From: Paraspadella gotoi
Lineage: Eukaryota; Animalia; Chaetognatha
Assembly (NCBI GenBank): GCA_051294375.1
Contig: CM119264.1
Coordinates: 13,226,996-13,290,812, forward strand
Length of the DNA stretch: 63,817 nt
Reading direction: 5' to 3'
Shown here: positions 26,138 through 38,619 of the stretch, piece after piece
Numbering within the stretch: the first letter of the stretch is position 1
How the letters are laid out: each line of letters begins with the position of its first letter
Translations under genes and position numbers: made by a program
Notes under the pieces: model-generated
The model's database searches: none
What the model was told of the DNA's origin: nothing
The model's input: the letters and a program-made list of their open reading frames with translations, nothing else

Positions 26138-29100
26138 AATAATATACTATTGGAGGAGAGAAAGTAATGGACATAAACAATATAACAATCAAGTTGGAAG
26201 AACTGAAAAACACGTCTCATGGTTCATCTTTAACGCCTTCAGCTCAGACAGGCACAAGTTGAACTATAGATCCAACGTAATGAATCTAATTGATTCTCAG
26301 GGGTTTTCTGGTTTCAACGAGTCATCGTCTCGAAGAATAAACCAATCAAAAAATCACCTTGACGACGGACGCAGGAGCGACGAAGTTGTTTTGAACTTCA
26401 ACACACAACGGATTAAGACGAATGCCTTTCGAAAAGTTGTAGAAACCGACGATACACAGCAAAGCGGTTGCGATTGAGTCTTTCGACGATGATGACGACC
26501 GACGAGACGACCGACGACTGTCATATTTCTCGCTTCCATCCTCATAGATTCGAGTGTCATCGGACGGTGATTGAAAAATATCCTGGTTGAGAAAAGGAAG
26601 AGTATGTGGAGAAGAAGAAGAGACGAGGATGAGAGAANNNNNNNNNNNNNNNNNNNNNNNNNTCAAAAGAAGAAAACCCAACTGACAAAGAATTTGAGAA
26701 TTAGGGAGGTTGAGTCAAAAAAGTGTCAAAAAAGACGCGGACCGTAATCGAAAGAGCTCACTCACGAAAAGGGAGGAAAGGACAAAAAAGGAGAGTAAAG
26801 GAAATAAAAGAAAAAGAAAGTAAAGAAATAAAAAGGGGAAAAAAAGGGAGGGTGAAAGGAAAGAAATGGAAATGGCCATGGGCGACACAAATGGAGCCCA
26901 GACGCATATGGCCGCGCGTTTTCGGGGCAGATTATTAATAAATATGCGCTAAATTTGGTAAGGCCTCCATATTGGAATCTATCGAGGTCGGACGTTGTGA
27001 CCCTCAACGAAAAAAAAAGGAAGAGTGAAATTTATGGTTCCCCTCTGCCAAGGAGGATCTTGCACTATAAATACTAAGAAAATATGGTAAAAAATTATGC
27101 GGAATGATGGTAGTTGTGAACCTGCAACCCTGAATGCCATACAGTGAATCTGTTTTTAATCTAAAGGGCACTGAGAGATCATATTTTCATTATTTTATTA
27201 TCCTTCAAATTAATAAATTCAATACTAAATAATAAATACATTTTTGAGCACTCAGCTGAATATGAGAAATTTCAATCTAAACTTTTCTTCTTTATTTTTT
27301 TTTTTTTTATGTTAGGAATGGCGATTAGTTATCGACGAGTTTCCAGTGTTTAAAGAATTCATGATGCAGTCTTTCATGCCAATTTTTTTTATTTAAAAGA
27401 TTGAAAATGTTTCTTATTCTAATCGTTTGTAATTTATTTTTATCCTAAGTTTCAGTTTTTCATTTGTACTTCAAAGTAAAACTAAGAATAAAAAAAAATG
27501 CCAAACATTTAAAGACAGAAATATTTTTCATTTTTTTAAATTGAAAGAGCGCATTGAATCGTACGTCTGAAACAAACAATTCTTTGAAAGAATATATTTT
27601 TTGTGTGTGTCTGCGTTTGTGTGTGAAGTTTTGATTTTCAATTTTGGTTTCGGAGTTCTCGTTCGTCGTATCTCTTTTGTCACCCCCGCGTCTCTTCAAG
27701 TTCAGTTCAAAGGCTGTCTTAGCCCTACGTGGGGGTCGTCTCTCCGTCACGTCCTCCTCCCCTCTTGCTCAACGATAAACNNNNNNNNNNNNNNNNNNNN
27801 NNNNNNNNNNNNNNNNNNNNNNNNNNNNNNNNNNNNNNNNNNNNNNNNNNNNNNNNNNNNNNNNNNNNNNNNNNNNNNNNGAGAGGTGAGGAGAGGAGAG
27901 GAGGAGAGGATCGAGAGGTGAGGTTAGGATCGAGAGGTGAGGTTAGGATGGAGAGGTGAGGTTATAAGGGATTGAGGTGAGAAGTTGAGTTGCGAGAATT
28001 TCACATTTGAGGAATTTGGTGATGTGAGGACTGAGGAGATTGAAGGGGGTGAGAGGCCCGAAGTTTGGAGGAAGAAGAAGATGAACCCCGAAGACTTGAG
28101 ACGAAAAGAGGAAGAAGACGATCGGTGAAGAGAAGTGAAGACTCAAAGACCCTCGAGGTCCTCGACCGGATTTCTTTCCTCCCTTCTCCCCCCCCCCACC
28201 ACGAAAACCTTTCGCGGTCAAAAGAGTCCGTGATGATCTGCGTCGGGGGATTTTCATTAAGTCGCTTGATCTCGGATGGAGAGAAGGGGAAAAAAATTTG
28301 AAGCCTAACTCAAAACAGCGTGTCAAATCGTGGCTCGGCGTGACATTGAAGAAACGGGTCAGACACGATGAAATAAAAAAAGGCGACGACTGCTGATGAT
28401 AATAATAATTATAAATAAATATAAAAATCGTCGGCAATTTTGGTTTTTATTGCGCTTTGGGCTTTTAGTTCGGTAATTACGAACGTCTTCACGCATTTAA
28501 TGCGGAAATCTCGACTCGTTCGCTATTTTAGGGTCGAAGCTCTGGCAAGTCCTTGAAGGAAGGACGCGGGGTTTCTTCCCGCGTTTCCTCGACCTTTTTC
28601 CAAAGGTTTTAGCACGCGGGCGCAACGGGGCCGTTGGGGCCGTTGGGGCCGTCGGGGCCGGGGTTTTCATGGCGCGAGAAGAGGGTTTCCGGGGCCACTT
28701 GAAATCCTTAAGAAAGGAGGTTCGAAATTTCGTTGGAGAAAGTGAACTTTTGTTCTTGGGCAAACGGAAAATGAAAATTATCGCGACAAGATAAATTGTT
28801 TGAATTATAAATCGACGTATTTATTTATATCATAATAAACTAGTCGTGATAAACCAAGAGGCTATAAAACGAGTACAAATTAGTTTTATTTCAAGGGCTT
28901 TTAAGATTTAAGCCCATGAGCCCTTAAGAGGCTTTTTAAAAAGAAGGGAGTCGAGTGTTGCTTAAGTCTTATGTTTCCGAGTTCAAAGTGAGCAAAGATA
29001 AAAACGGCGACGACGAAGACGACGATGACGATGACGATGACGCAACGACGAAAACAAAGCAAAAAGTTGTTGAAGGAAAAAAATGAATAAATATCAACTT

Positions 29101-29338
29101 TTCATGAGGACGATGACAACGACGAAAGTAATTGTTGTGGAGTCAATTTCGATATAAAAAAATATCTGACGACGACGGCAAAAGATGACGACGACGATAA
29201 CGACAACAAAAGAAGAAGCAGAAGACGACGACGACGACGACGACAACGACGAGAATTAGGGATAAATTCTCGAAGTGATTTGATGTTCGACCAACTCAAC
29301 GCAATGAAACCTTTTCAATGGCCGACGTTCAACAGAGC

Positions 29339-29390
<52 letters not shown>

Positions 29391-29857
29391 GAGAGAGTCA
29401 CTCGCATAACTTTAACTTTCGAGTGATAATCAGAAAAATGGTTTTTCCTCTTGCCCCGCCATCGGCGCTGTCGTAACCACTCCGACAAATTTTGACTCTC
29501 CTCTTTCTTCTCTCTCTCTCTCTCTCTCTGCTTATCTCTCTCATCTCTCTCTCTCTCTCTCGGTCTGCTCTCATCTCTCTCATCGCTCGTTTCTGCAACC
29601 TCCCACCAGTCGTAACCATTTTCGAGTCTCGTTCGTCGAGAACTGCAGATGGCGTGCGACTCTCTCGCGAATGCCGCAAATGGCTGACATTTTCTGGCGC
29701 GGATGCCCTGACATGCCCAAAATGCCGCGCACGCGAACGCTTCAATTCTTTTACTCTCGAATTTTAAAATATTTTTAAATATTGAGTCGATGTTACAAAT
29801 GGTTACAAATGTTTTTGCGAAGAATGATAATCAAGAGTTAATTTTCTCTTCACCTTT

Positions 29858-29938
<81 letters not shown>

Positions 29939-30047
29939 ATTCATTCTCTCTTTCTTACTTGCTTTTCATCTCTCTTTCTTTCAATCTCTTTCGTTTTAAT
30001 CAAATAAAAGCCCACTCTTTCTCAGATGTTAAGACAGGAGCAAAATG

Positions 30048-30520
30048 TTGACGACCCATCTTTTTGCGCTTCCTCGTTCCTTCCGTGAAACAACTACTCT
30101 AAAGCGGGCCAAAGATCCGATCGACCCCGGTTGCCTCTAAAGAAGAGGCGCCGAAAGCCCGATGTCGAGTCTCTCGGCCTGAAGGAGTCCACCCATCTTC
30201 TGCGGTCGCCTGGACCACGGAGAATTCTTTCTGACTAAATTTAACTACATCGTCGTAAAACAGGATTTTTTATGGATTTGACGGGCGCAGGGCTATTGGA
30301 AGCGCCAGGCGTCGAATATGCGCCATAACTGTGTGATCGACACCGCAGTCCAGTGATCCCTCAGTTTTTGTGGATATGGCGGAGTAGTCATCTCACAATT
30401 CCTTATCTTTTTTTGGTAGTACTATGGGTGTCGTTGTATATCGTAGGCAAATTGGCCTTATTCCAATTCTTCCGCCGATACCGCCGAATGATGCCCGCTT
30501 CATCCAGGAAGGAGAGTTTG
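30048..30520 (-). pseudogene. integrase N-terminal part (zinc-binding region and start of core), truncated
   Basis: SFLDEAGIIR..GGRI is followed by QKMG.L..ERL, TGVD.FGP and KRWVV, which precede and contain the first catalytic Asp. The rest of the integrase and the 3' LTR are absent. Confidence 0.8.
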
Positions 30521-31069
30521 ATGGCCTGTCCGCAGTTTAGATTTGTCAGCGTTTTAGTCTAGTTAGCTCCGCATCGCCATCGGGGATCGGAACGTTTTTT
30601 GTTCGAAGATGACCGGATTTGCGTGCCGCCAAAATATCGTAATTGTAAATGCTTCGGCACAAAACGTTTTTTCTGCGTCCTTTTGTGGTCTTTGAGCGTA
30701 GTGACTTGTTAGTTTTTTTTGGTTGTGCGTGTGGGATGCTATCTCAACGCGCATGTCTCCATTTCAAATCCAGTGTAGAATACATTCTTTTTTTCATTCC
30801 CGGCATATCAAATAGAGTTTTTTGGCGTTGAAGTCGGACAACCATTCCATCGCAAGCGTAGATGCCCAATGTTCGATCCTTAGTATTTTCTTTTTTGGGG
30901 TTTTCCTCTGGTTCTGATGTCGTCGACATCGGTCGCGAAAAAACTTCGATGAAAGAGATGACCATGGTGAATAATTTTTATTGCTCCGGGCCACTTCCTC
31001 CTCCTGGTACGACGTGGAAAATCTGGGCCGCATAGGTGAAATCTCTTTCCACTTTGAAATCATGCAAGA

Positions 31070-31830
31070 CGAAAGGCCGGCGACTGTACAGTCGTCCTGC
31101 GAGGGAATTTCATGCTGTCGATATGTACCGCCAGTTCTCCGATGTCGGCGTTAAAAGACTCTCCTGATTACGAGACAACGCGCGATTCTTTAAAAAATGG
31201 CAGCAAATTTGGACTCCCAGACTTTTTGTCATATATGCTTGTTTAAGGACTGTCTCTGAATCTGTCCACATAACAACTTTTTTCAAACCGTATCGTTTGT
31301 GTGCATTCTTCTTGAATCAATGTATCTTAATCTCCCGCCGCCAGGCACGCCGCCGTTCAGTCCAGTCGAGGGATGGAGTTGTGCGGTGAGATGCCTTTGA
31401 TTGGAGGTCGAGGGTTTTGTAACTCCAGCGCACCTTGAAAACAAAAAAGAGCAACATGAGATTCGCCTTCCTTCAGGCCCTGTACCAAGAGGCCGGAGAT
31501 CTCCCCGCAAGGGCCCGTGACGTCGGTACCGATAGTCGATAACAAGCGGAACACCATATCCAATCATGGCTAGCAATCAGAAAAATACAATGCCAACTCA
31601 GGCCCTTGATGATTCTGTAAGTCTCCCTGCGCGTCGCAATTCCATCGGACTTCATATGGAATTCCTTTTAGCTGGGGAATTTGACTCCCTCCAAAGGTCC
31701 GAACTTCACTTGAATGATCTCGTCTGGCAGGAGGGGAGTCCCAATCCACTGAAGCTGCATTCTGCGCGCCTGAAATAAAATTGCGCCCTTTGAGAACAAA
31801 AGGGCCGAGCATACTATACCCAAGCGGATC
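31070..31830 (-). pseudogene. BEL/Pao RNase H / peptidase_A17-type region (frameshifted)
   Basis: Fragments VDWDSP, PIKG..SIPRL, VMWTDSETVLK and ENWRYIST..ADDC correspond to the conserved Pao motifs WD.P, P.K..TIPRLEL, WTDS..VL.W and WRHV...NPAD. Confidence 0.85.
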
Positions 31831-32089
31831 GTACAGAACTTGCTGTGAGCTACAAGATCTGTCTGCTCCTTTTTTGTGCAGACATTCTTCTCTGGACCTT
31901 TTTCGAGATTTACATTATATGAAAATTCGTCAACTGCATAGCCGGAACGAGAGAAGCATCTACCTTCCCAACACTTTGTCGGTAAGGGTTTTATTCGTTG
32001 CTTCTTTCGGTATTCATTATCGTTGCCGTCAGTAAATGGACTTTTTTTTAAAGTTTGTAGCCTTGTTGGGTTCGTCTTCCAGCAAAACA

Positions 32090-32720
32090 GATGGTGACGT
32101 TACATTATCCACTTTGTAAGCTCGAAGCCAACCTCGTCGGAGATGAGGCTTCCGTCAAACCTTCCTTTGAGGGTCACTGCCGCAGATTGTTCTCTGCGGG
32201 CAGAAACCCAAAAATCATCAACATAAAACTGTGAATGATGGCTTCACCACCTATCCAACGGGCATGAATATTCCCCGAAGCGTCTCGGCATGGTGTTCTT
32301 CAGAGTGTAGTTTGCTACCACTGGCGGAACTTTTGCCCCCAAATATGTGCACTCTGAGTTCAAACAGTGCTAGTTTAGTGCACCGCTTCATCTTCAAAAC
32401 CCACCAGTACCTAAATACTATGTACGTCATTCTCATCTACGAACACTGATGGAAAAACCGCGGATGCTCCGCAGAGAGAGCGACCTTGATGGACGCCGGG
32501 GGAACGAAGCGAGTACTCCCAGCTATGGTCAATGATAATCTGGACCAGCTCAAACAGTTCGTTCAGTTTTTTTAAACATTTGGCCTCCAGGCGCTCGCAC
32601 CGGGCGTCATGGCAGTATGCGTACTTTGTTCCTTTATTTTTTCTGGGGTTTTTTTTTTCCTTTCGTCTACGACACACAAAGAAGCGGGGGGAGAGTTCCA
32701 ATACGGTTCATTTTCGGAAG
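32090..32720 (-). pseudogene. reverse transcriptase domain of the BEL/Pao pol (frameshifted)
   Basis: Fragments KKLNE..., VFVDENDV, FRYWW, FELRVHIFGGKSS and FYVDD match the BEL/Pao RT pattern (SLND..GP / F.W / HLFGA.SSP / FYVDD). Confidence 0.9.
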
Positions 32721-33169
32721 GTTTGTCTCCTTCCTTCAAACCTTGACGCGCATGCTTCATCCACCACAAACTTCTTCATTTTCGTCGACCACCTTTCTTT
32801 GTCCGCCGTGACCCCGCGCGTTCAAAGTTTTTTTCTCATGCAGAAATCTGAGGCGCGGTTTAAATGCCATTTAGGTGTCCCCGGAGCTCCCTACCCCATA
32901 AGAACGTTCTCGCTGCCTTCTCCCTGCCTCTTATACCCAGGGATAAGGCCAACAAAAAATGCCCAACTTCGATTGTCAAACCTTATTGTTTGCCTTCAAA
33001 CTGTTTCCATTCGCGAACTCGTCCTCCACGTGATGGCAGTATTCTTGCCCTTGCTTGCGAGCTGGGACGAAATTCTCGATGGGAAAAAAAGGGAGGCGAA
33101 TATCTTCTGAATCCTTTTTTCGTCTTCCTCTACGTAATCGACGCGTCTTAAGACGGGCCACAATTTACA

Positions 33170-33720
33170 TCATTCTCCGGCCGTTTCCCGCGACGCTGGG
33201 CCTATCATATGCCAACCAAACATTTTGTTTCCATAGCTAATAGGTTTTGAATCTTTAGGGCCTCGACCCGTACCTTCTCCAATCATCCATGTGTGGCGTA
33301 TCCGCTGGGATGAGCATCCCGATCCTTCCTTCATGGAGATCAGGGGAAACGAAAAAAACCCCCGTCTTAGATGAGTGTATTCCAGCCACATCTGCTGTTT
33401 GCAAGCGGGGAAGGTCGTCTTCTGATGTCAGCAGGTTTCCCACAATGGCTTTTTTTCTTAAACGTAGATTCGGAAAAGCTACCGTCGAGGGGTTTCGGAA
33501 ATTATTAGAAGTCTGCAACGTTTTTTGAGATTATAGTAAGAATTATCACTATCTAATGTTCTAAAATCTTCATGGGAATTCAATTCTACTAGCTAACCCT
33601 AGCTTTTGATCTGCAAATTTTTTTTTTTTTTCTTTGATGACGCAAGCGCGTTGCAACCTAGCCTGTCGACATGGCGTAGGTCGTGGGCTCTTCCACCCAT
33701 CTCGGGACAACGACACGGAC
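33170..33720 (-). pseudogene. aspartic protease region of the BEL/Pao element
   Basis: VRVVV..TYAM(S)TG is a degenerate TYALLD.G motif. IGMLIPAD resembles the I.LLIG.D motif and KMFGWHMIGP resembles T.LGW...GP. Confidence 0.7.
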
Positions 33721-33879
33721 GATGACGAAATGTCTCTTCGCCTGGGTATGGACGCACAAGCTATGGGGTCAAACTAGGAGGCAGTTTCAGCTTGTGACGG
33801 TGGCGCGTTGTCGTCACCGTCAAAGAGGGCATAGCCGCCGTCATCTTCGGAAACGGAGAAAAAGTTAATTTGACTTGCA

Positions 33880-36800
33880 TCTTAGGGCTCCATTGTGGGC
33901 CAATGCCGTGTAACTCCACTCCAACCATCCCGGGTGCCTGGTATCGGGCGTTGGGGTCTAGGTGCAGCCAAAATAGAGACAGCAGGTCTTGATTGGGGGG
34001 AAGTAGGGCGAGCAAGATGTGGCGGGGGGAGGACATTAACGGAATACAAGGACCGTGGCATAACTAAGCGTTTTGAGTCAGGCTAACTCTGGCTGGCTGA
34101 TTTACTGAACTTGTATGATTCAAAGCGGAAGGGTATAGTCTGCGCACATGGTGCCATTGCCATGCAGGAGGATATGGTGATTGCCTCTACAGGACTGAAT
34201 TGGTATACCCATTCTACATCTTGAAAGCTAAATTGTTCAATCCGACCCCAAACACTAAAAAACACAATCTCTCTTACCTGCGAATTCAGGTCTGCTCTCG
34301 CACGATAACTCTGGGACGCCAATAGTGCCTTGATATCCTGCAAACAATCACCAAATTCATTATGAGCCTGACCGCAAAAGTGACAATGCAAGTGTTCTCT
34401 GGCCGATTTTTGGTGTCGAATGCGTACATCGTGTTGCTCCGCCGCGGATCTATCAGCCGGTTGGCGGCTTTGCGAGGTGTTTTGGGTATGGGACGGCTCG
34501 TGGTTGTTGATAAATCGGCTGCTGTGGTGGCTGAGGGGCCTGGTACAGGGGTTGTTTGGGCCACATCCATAGGGCGCAGCCGTACTGTTTCACCGGCAGC
34601 AGCCGTAGCCGGGTATTTCCGGGTATTCTTTCTTTGCTTTTTTCTTCTTCTTGGATCGTTTCCTATTTCGGTCTTTGTTCGGAACGTGTGGGTAAATCAG
34701 TTCCCGTCTAAGGATTTCCAGCGACTCAGTTATTTCCTATTTCTCTCCTGTGCGCTTCTGGTGGGCCCCCACCGCTTTCATTTCCGGGGGTGGTGGGGTT
34801 TCAGGAGGGAAGCACCGGCTGCTACAGCGGTTGAAGTGGATCGTTTTTCTCTCTTGAAATTCAGACAGATTTTACAGCCACAGCGGATATCTTAAGAAAA
34901 TTCGACAAACTTCATTGTATCCGGTCAGTTTTCTGTTTGTTTTTGAAAGGACTGATTTCCTGAGGTTTCCTCTGCCAAATTTATCTTTCCATTTGTGGGA
35001 AAATTTTCAGTGTCAAGAATTCATCGGCGATAACGGTATTCACGGTTTAATCGGTCTCGCATCCGGCCTTTTGGCCCTGCAATGCCGAGATGTTTTTTTC
35101 AATGGCGTGTTATTGTCTCGTCAATCTCTGTGGCTTCCGTAGCCTTTCCCCCAGATAGGCAGTCTTTCTTGAGCCATCTCCGTGGGGATGGAAGAGGCAT
35201 CCGGTCGGCCAAACTTCACGTGTAGCATGGAGATTTGCTTCTGCGCGGTCTGAGCGAGTATATCGGTAGATGGAAGTATTTGTTGAAGCTTCAGATCTTG
35301 GCTAAGCCTCCAACCCACGTGTCGCAGGCTCCTTGGTTGCGCGCATCTGATCCAGGGTGAACGCCAGGTTGAGACATTACGAATTGCCCATTGGCCGCAG
35401 GTGTATTCTCCAAAAAAACTACTTTTTCTTTGCATTTTCACTCATGAACACTTCTTCAGTACGTAAGTCCTTCAGCATAGGGACTAGTTAGAATTCGCGC
35501 TTAGACTGAGAGTTGTAAATAAACGCTCAAATTGTGCTGGATTCTGGGGTTTAGTCGGTGGAGGCCGGTACGTAATGAAACCAGACTGACGACTTATGAA
35601 CGATCTGAAAGACACATAGCATCAGTCTGACCATGAACATAAAGTCCTACAATTTACGTAATAATGGTTGCGCCTCCAGAGCTTCTCCCCTCACCGTGTC
35701 TCTCCATGCTAATATTAGGCTAAACGATTTTGAAGTTGACCACACGTTGAATCTGTCAGTTGCGCAATTTTGATCTTGTTGGGATTCTGCTGATAATATT
35801 GCGGGTCTCTTGTTAGTGCGAGGACATCTCTCGTGGAACTGGCACATTCGTTCGAGACGTGAAAACCTCCCAAGAGCGGGACCTGGGAGGGGCGGGTGAT
35901 GACGTAGAGCGGTTGGCGGAGGAGGGGCAGGTGCTGGAAAGAGCGCCTTTCCTGCACGCCTGCTGACCTGTTAGCATGGTCACCATCCTCACCACCCTTG
36001 ATTCAAAAAGTTCTCTCAAATAACTGTCTCCCTTTTCTGCCCGCAATTCCTCGATTCGGTTCCTATCCACGTTCCTCTCTTCAGACTTCGTGGGCTGCTG
36101 CTTGACGCTGAGCAGTGAATCTCCATGGCTGATAAATTCGTCCATCTCAATGGAGCGTGAATATCTGCTGCCGGCGGGGCTATTTTTCGGTAGGGAAGCG
36201 AGACTTACTCTTGGAGTCTCGGGGCGGCCAATCCTGCCGCTTAAATCTGCGAGTCGAGATCAGATTCCCGACCGAGGCGCATTTGACACCCCGCGAGCCA
36301 ACTCCACTTGTAATCGGGGCGTTGCCGTAGATACTGGCACATGCCCCGAAAAAACCGCGCCGGGCAGGATTTTTGTCGAGCGTTGTAGTCGTTGAGTGTT
36401 CCGAGCCATCGAGTTGGTGCGCATTCAACCTCCTGCAGACTCTATGTCGACTCTTGCAGGCGCTGAACGACGAAGCCGGCTTGTCGTCGGCAGGCCTCTA
36501 ATTGCGCTGATGTTCGAGTTGTCGAAGAGCTGCAATTCTCTCTTCATATTCTTCCTCAGCTGATTGACTCTGGCCGCCTGTTCAATTCACAACCTGCTTG
36601 CATCGCCCCTTCCACTGGCTCGTCGGAATTTCGTCTATCTGTTGCGAGAACTTTGTGGGGGGATAGGCTGATGTTATCGACAGCTTGCGCGTACTTGTAT
36701 CAATAACTTCTTTTGTGGTGACATACTGTGATGTCAGCTGTTGCAGCTGAGCTCACGGGTGCCACACAATCCCGCTAGTTGTTTGCCGTGTTTTTTAATC

Positions 36801-37180
36801 TTTGAGACCAGAGATTATCATGGCCGTATCGGCCTGAAAAGCACGCTTGAATTGTCGCCCGTAGGTCTATTTCTCTCCCAATTGCCCATTGCTGCTTCGC
36901 TCCAAAGAGGGGCTGGTTCATGAAAGCTCATGCGTCTGAAACGGAGGGGCTGACACAGATGCCTAGAGACGATAAGCTATGGAGCTTCTTCCTCTTGATT
37001 GACCTGCTCCCCCCCCCGACTGGTTGCGGTTGCCCGCCCACTGCTTCCGAGCGCTCGGGGCCACCCACCTCTTCCTCACTGTTCCACTTAGTGGGTTTGG
37101 GGAGAGGAAGAGAATGGCGGAAGTGGCCCGGGCATCCGGGTCGGGATTCCAGGGTTATTTTTGTGCCTTGTCATGTTTCC
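33880..37180 (-). pseudogene. gag region of the BEL/Pao element (frameshifted)
   Basis: It lies upstream of the protease and contains the Cys/His knuckle CHFCGQAH..DC, a VRGEALEA segment and several minus-strand ORF fragments. Boundaries are approximate. Confidence 0.6.
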
Positions 37181-38165
37181 CACGTTCCCGTGAAAGATTA
37201 GAGGGATTGAGGATTATCTTCCAGTGAAGTCTCTTACTCTGACTTATAGCTAATGACAACGATGTATTATTCGAAGTTCTATACTCGCCCGCCGAGATGC
37301 ATCGCTGCCCTCTTTCTTAGCCCCCAGGGCTCCCGGCATTGCATTGCGGTAGCGTACGGAATCTTGCCTGAGTCCCAGAGTTTCGCAGGGCCCTGTTGAA
37401 CAGGCCTTCGGCAAATGCTAATGTCGCAGGCAATTTCAAGTTGGTCGGCGAATCCTGGGGACTAGTTCCACCCACTCCCATTTCCTCGGGGGGCGCCATC
37501 GCGCTGAGAGGATGCCATCGCGCGTATATGCAAACAAGGATAAATAAGGGTTCTAATATACACAGTGTTAGTCTTACAAGCTACTGATCGTCTCATAAAT
37601 TCATGTCTTCAAATTAATAGGGTTTACTGCTAGATACTGTTCAATTACTTCACCGCTACTTGAGTTAGCAGACCCAACACGGAGAGACCAGTTTCAGGCT
37701 TTTTCACTGTACAAGGCTGTCTTTAAGCCCGTACGTGGGGTGTCGTCTCTCGCTCCTCCTCCCCGTCATTCTGCTCCAACGTAAAGAGACTGACGTACGC
37801 GTCCCCTCGTCGAGTCTTCGCCGCGAATGTGGGCGCAGCCCTATGTCCCGTGACATCTGCTCGGCGGACGTCACTCTCCTACCGGACCCGGCCGCCCGTC
37901 GCATTGAGGGTGAAAGAAGAGCCCGTCGACGCCTGATGGAGGTGACGTGAAGGCGGGTAGGTCGACAAAGGTCACCAAGACCCTCTGTGCGATCTCTCGG
38001 ATGGTGGAGACCATTAAGTCCGTAGCAGTGGGCAAAGTCTGCAGCCTCGCGGGCCCTCCACAAGTGTGTCCACAAAGTCCATATCTCGACGTCGAGAGTC
38101 TATGCTGGTCTCCCGTGGCGTCCTTGGGACCCATCAAATGACTCGTTCTGAACGGTGACCAAAAG

Positions 38166-38395
38166 TGACTTGACGTAACGTAACGGGCTCTGTCTCTCTC
38201 CGTTGAAAAAGCCTGTTTGTGGACGGTAGAAAGTCTATGCAGTATCTACTGAGGACCTATATATCTAAAGAGAAGGTAAAGTGGAGAAGAATCTCACCAA
38301 GTAAATGCAGAGAAAACGCAAATGAAGGGAAAATTGATGTAAATGAAGAGACAAGAATAAACCATGCCTAATATCTCGTCTACAACACAATAACA
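38166..38395 (-). repeat. putative 5' LTR of the BEL/Pao element
   Basis: The minus strand starts TGTTATTG at 38395, has a TATA-like TATATA near 38260, and is followed by TTTTGGTC.. (PBS-like TGG) at ~38160. No second LTR is present to confirm it. Confidence 0.35.
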
Positions 38396-38619
38396 TTAGT
38401 TCTTTCCTTGGTGGACAGTGATTTCTCCTCTCTAAAAACTGACTTCAATCAACTATTCACGTTTCTCAAAGTTCCTCCGCCCGCAGGATTTTCCTATATT
38501 TTTTTCTCTATTCACTTTTATTAAAGAATTCGTCAGCAGGATTAAGGCTTGGAGAATCTTTCCCGGAGTTCCTCCTAATATCGATGAGATGGAGTGTGAG
38601 CAAAGGAGAGGCGAAGTTG

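Larger units (their letters stand above)
30048..38395 (-). mobile_element. BEL/Pao-family LTR retrotransposon, 3'-truncated inside integrase, heavily frameshifted
   Basis: Minus-strand motifs occur in the BEL/Pao order, read across frameshifts: Gag knuckle CHFCGQAH (~34380); protease region TYAM.. (~33670), IGMLIPAD and MFGWHMIGP; RT LRVHIFGGKSS and FYVDD (32214-32228); RNase H region DWD, PIK..SIPRL, WTDSETVL, WRYI..ADDC; then SFLDEAGIIR..GGRI and integrase start MG.L..ERL...TGVD.FGP...KRWVV. The sequence switches abruptly to host DNA at ~30047. Confidence 0.93.
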
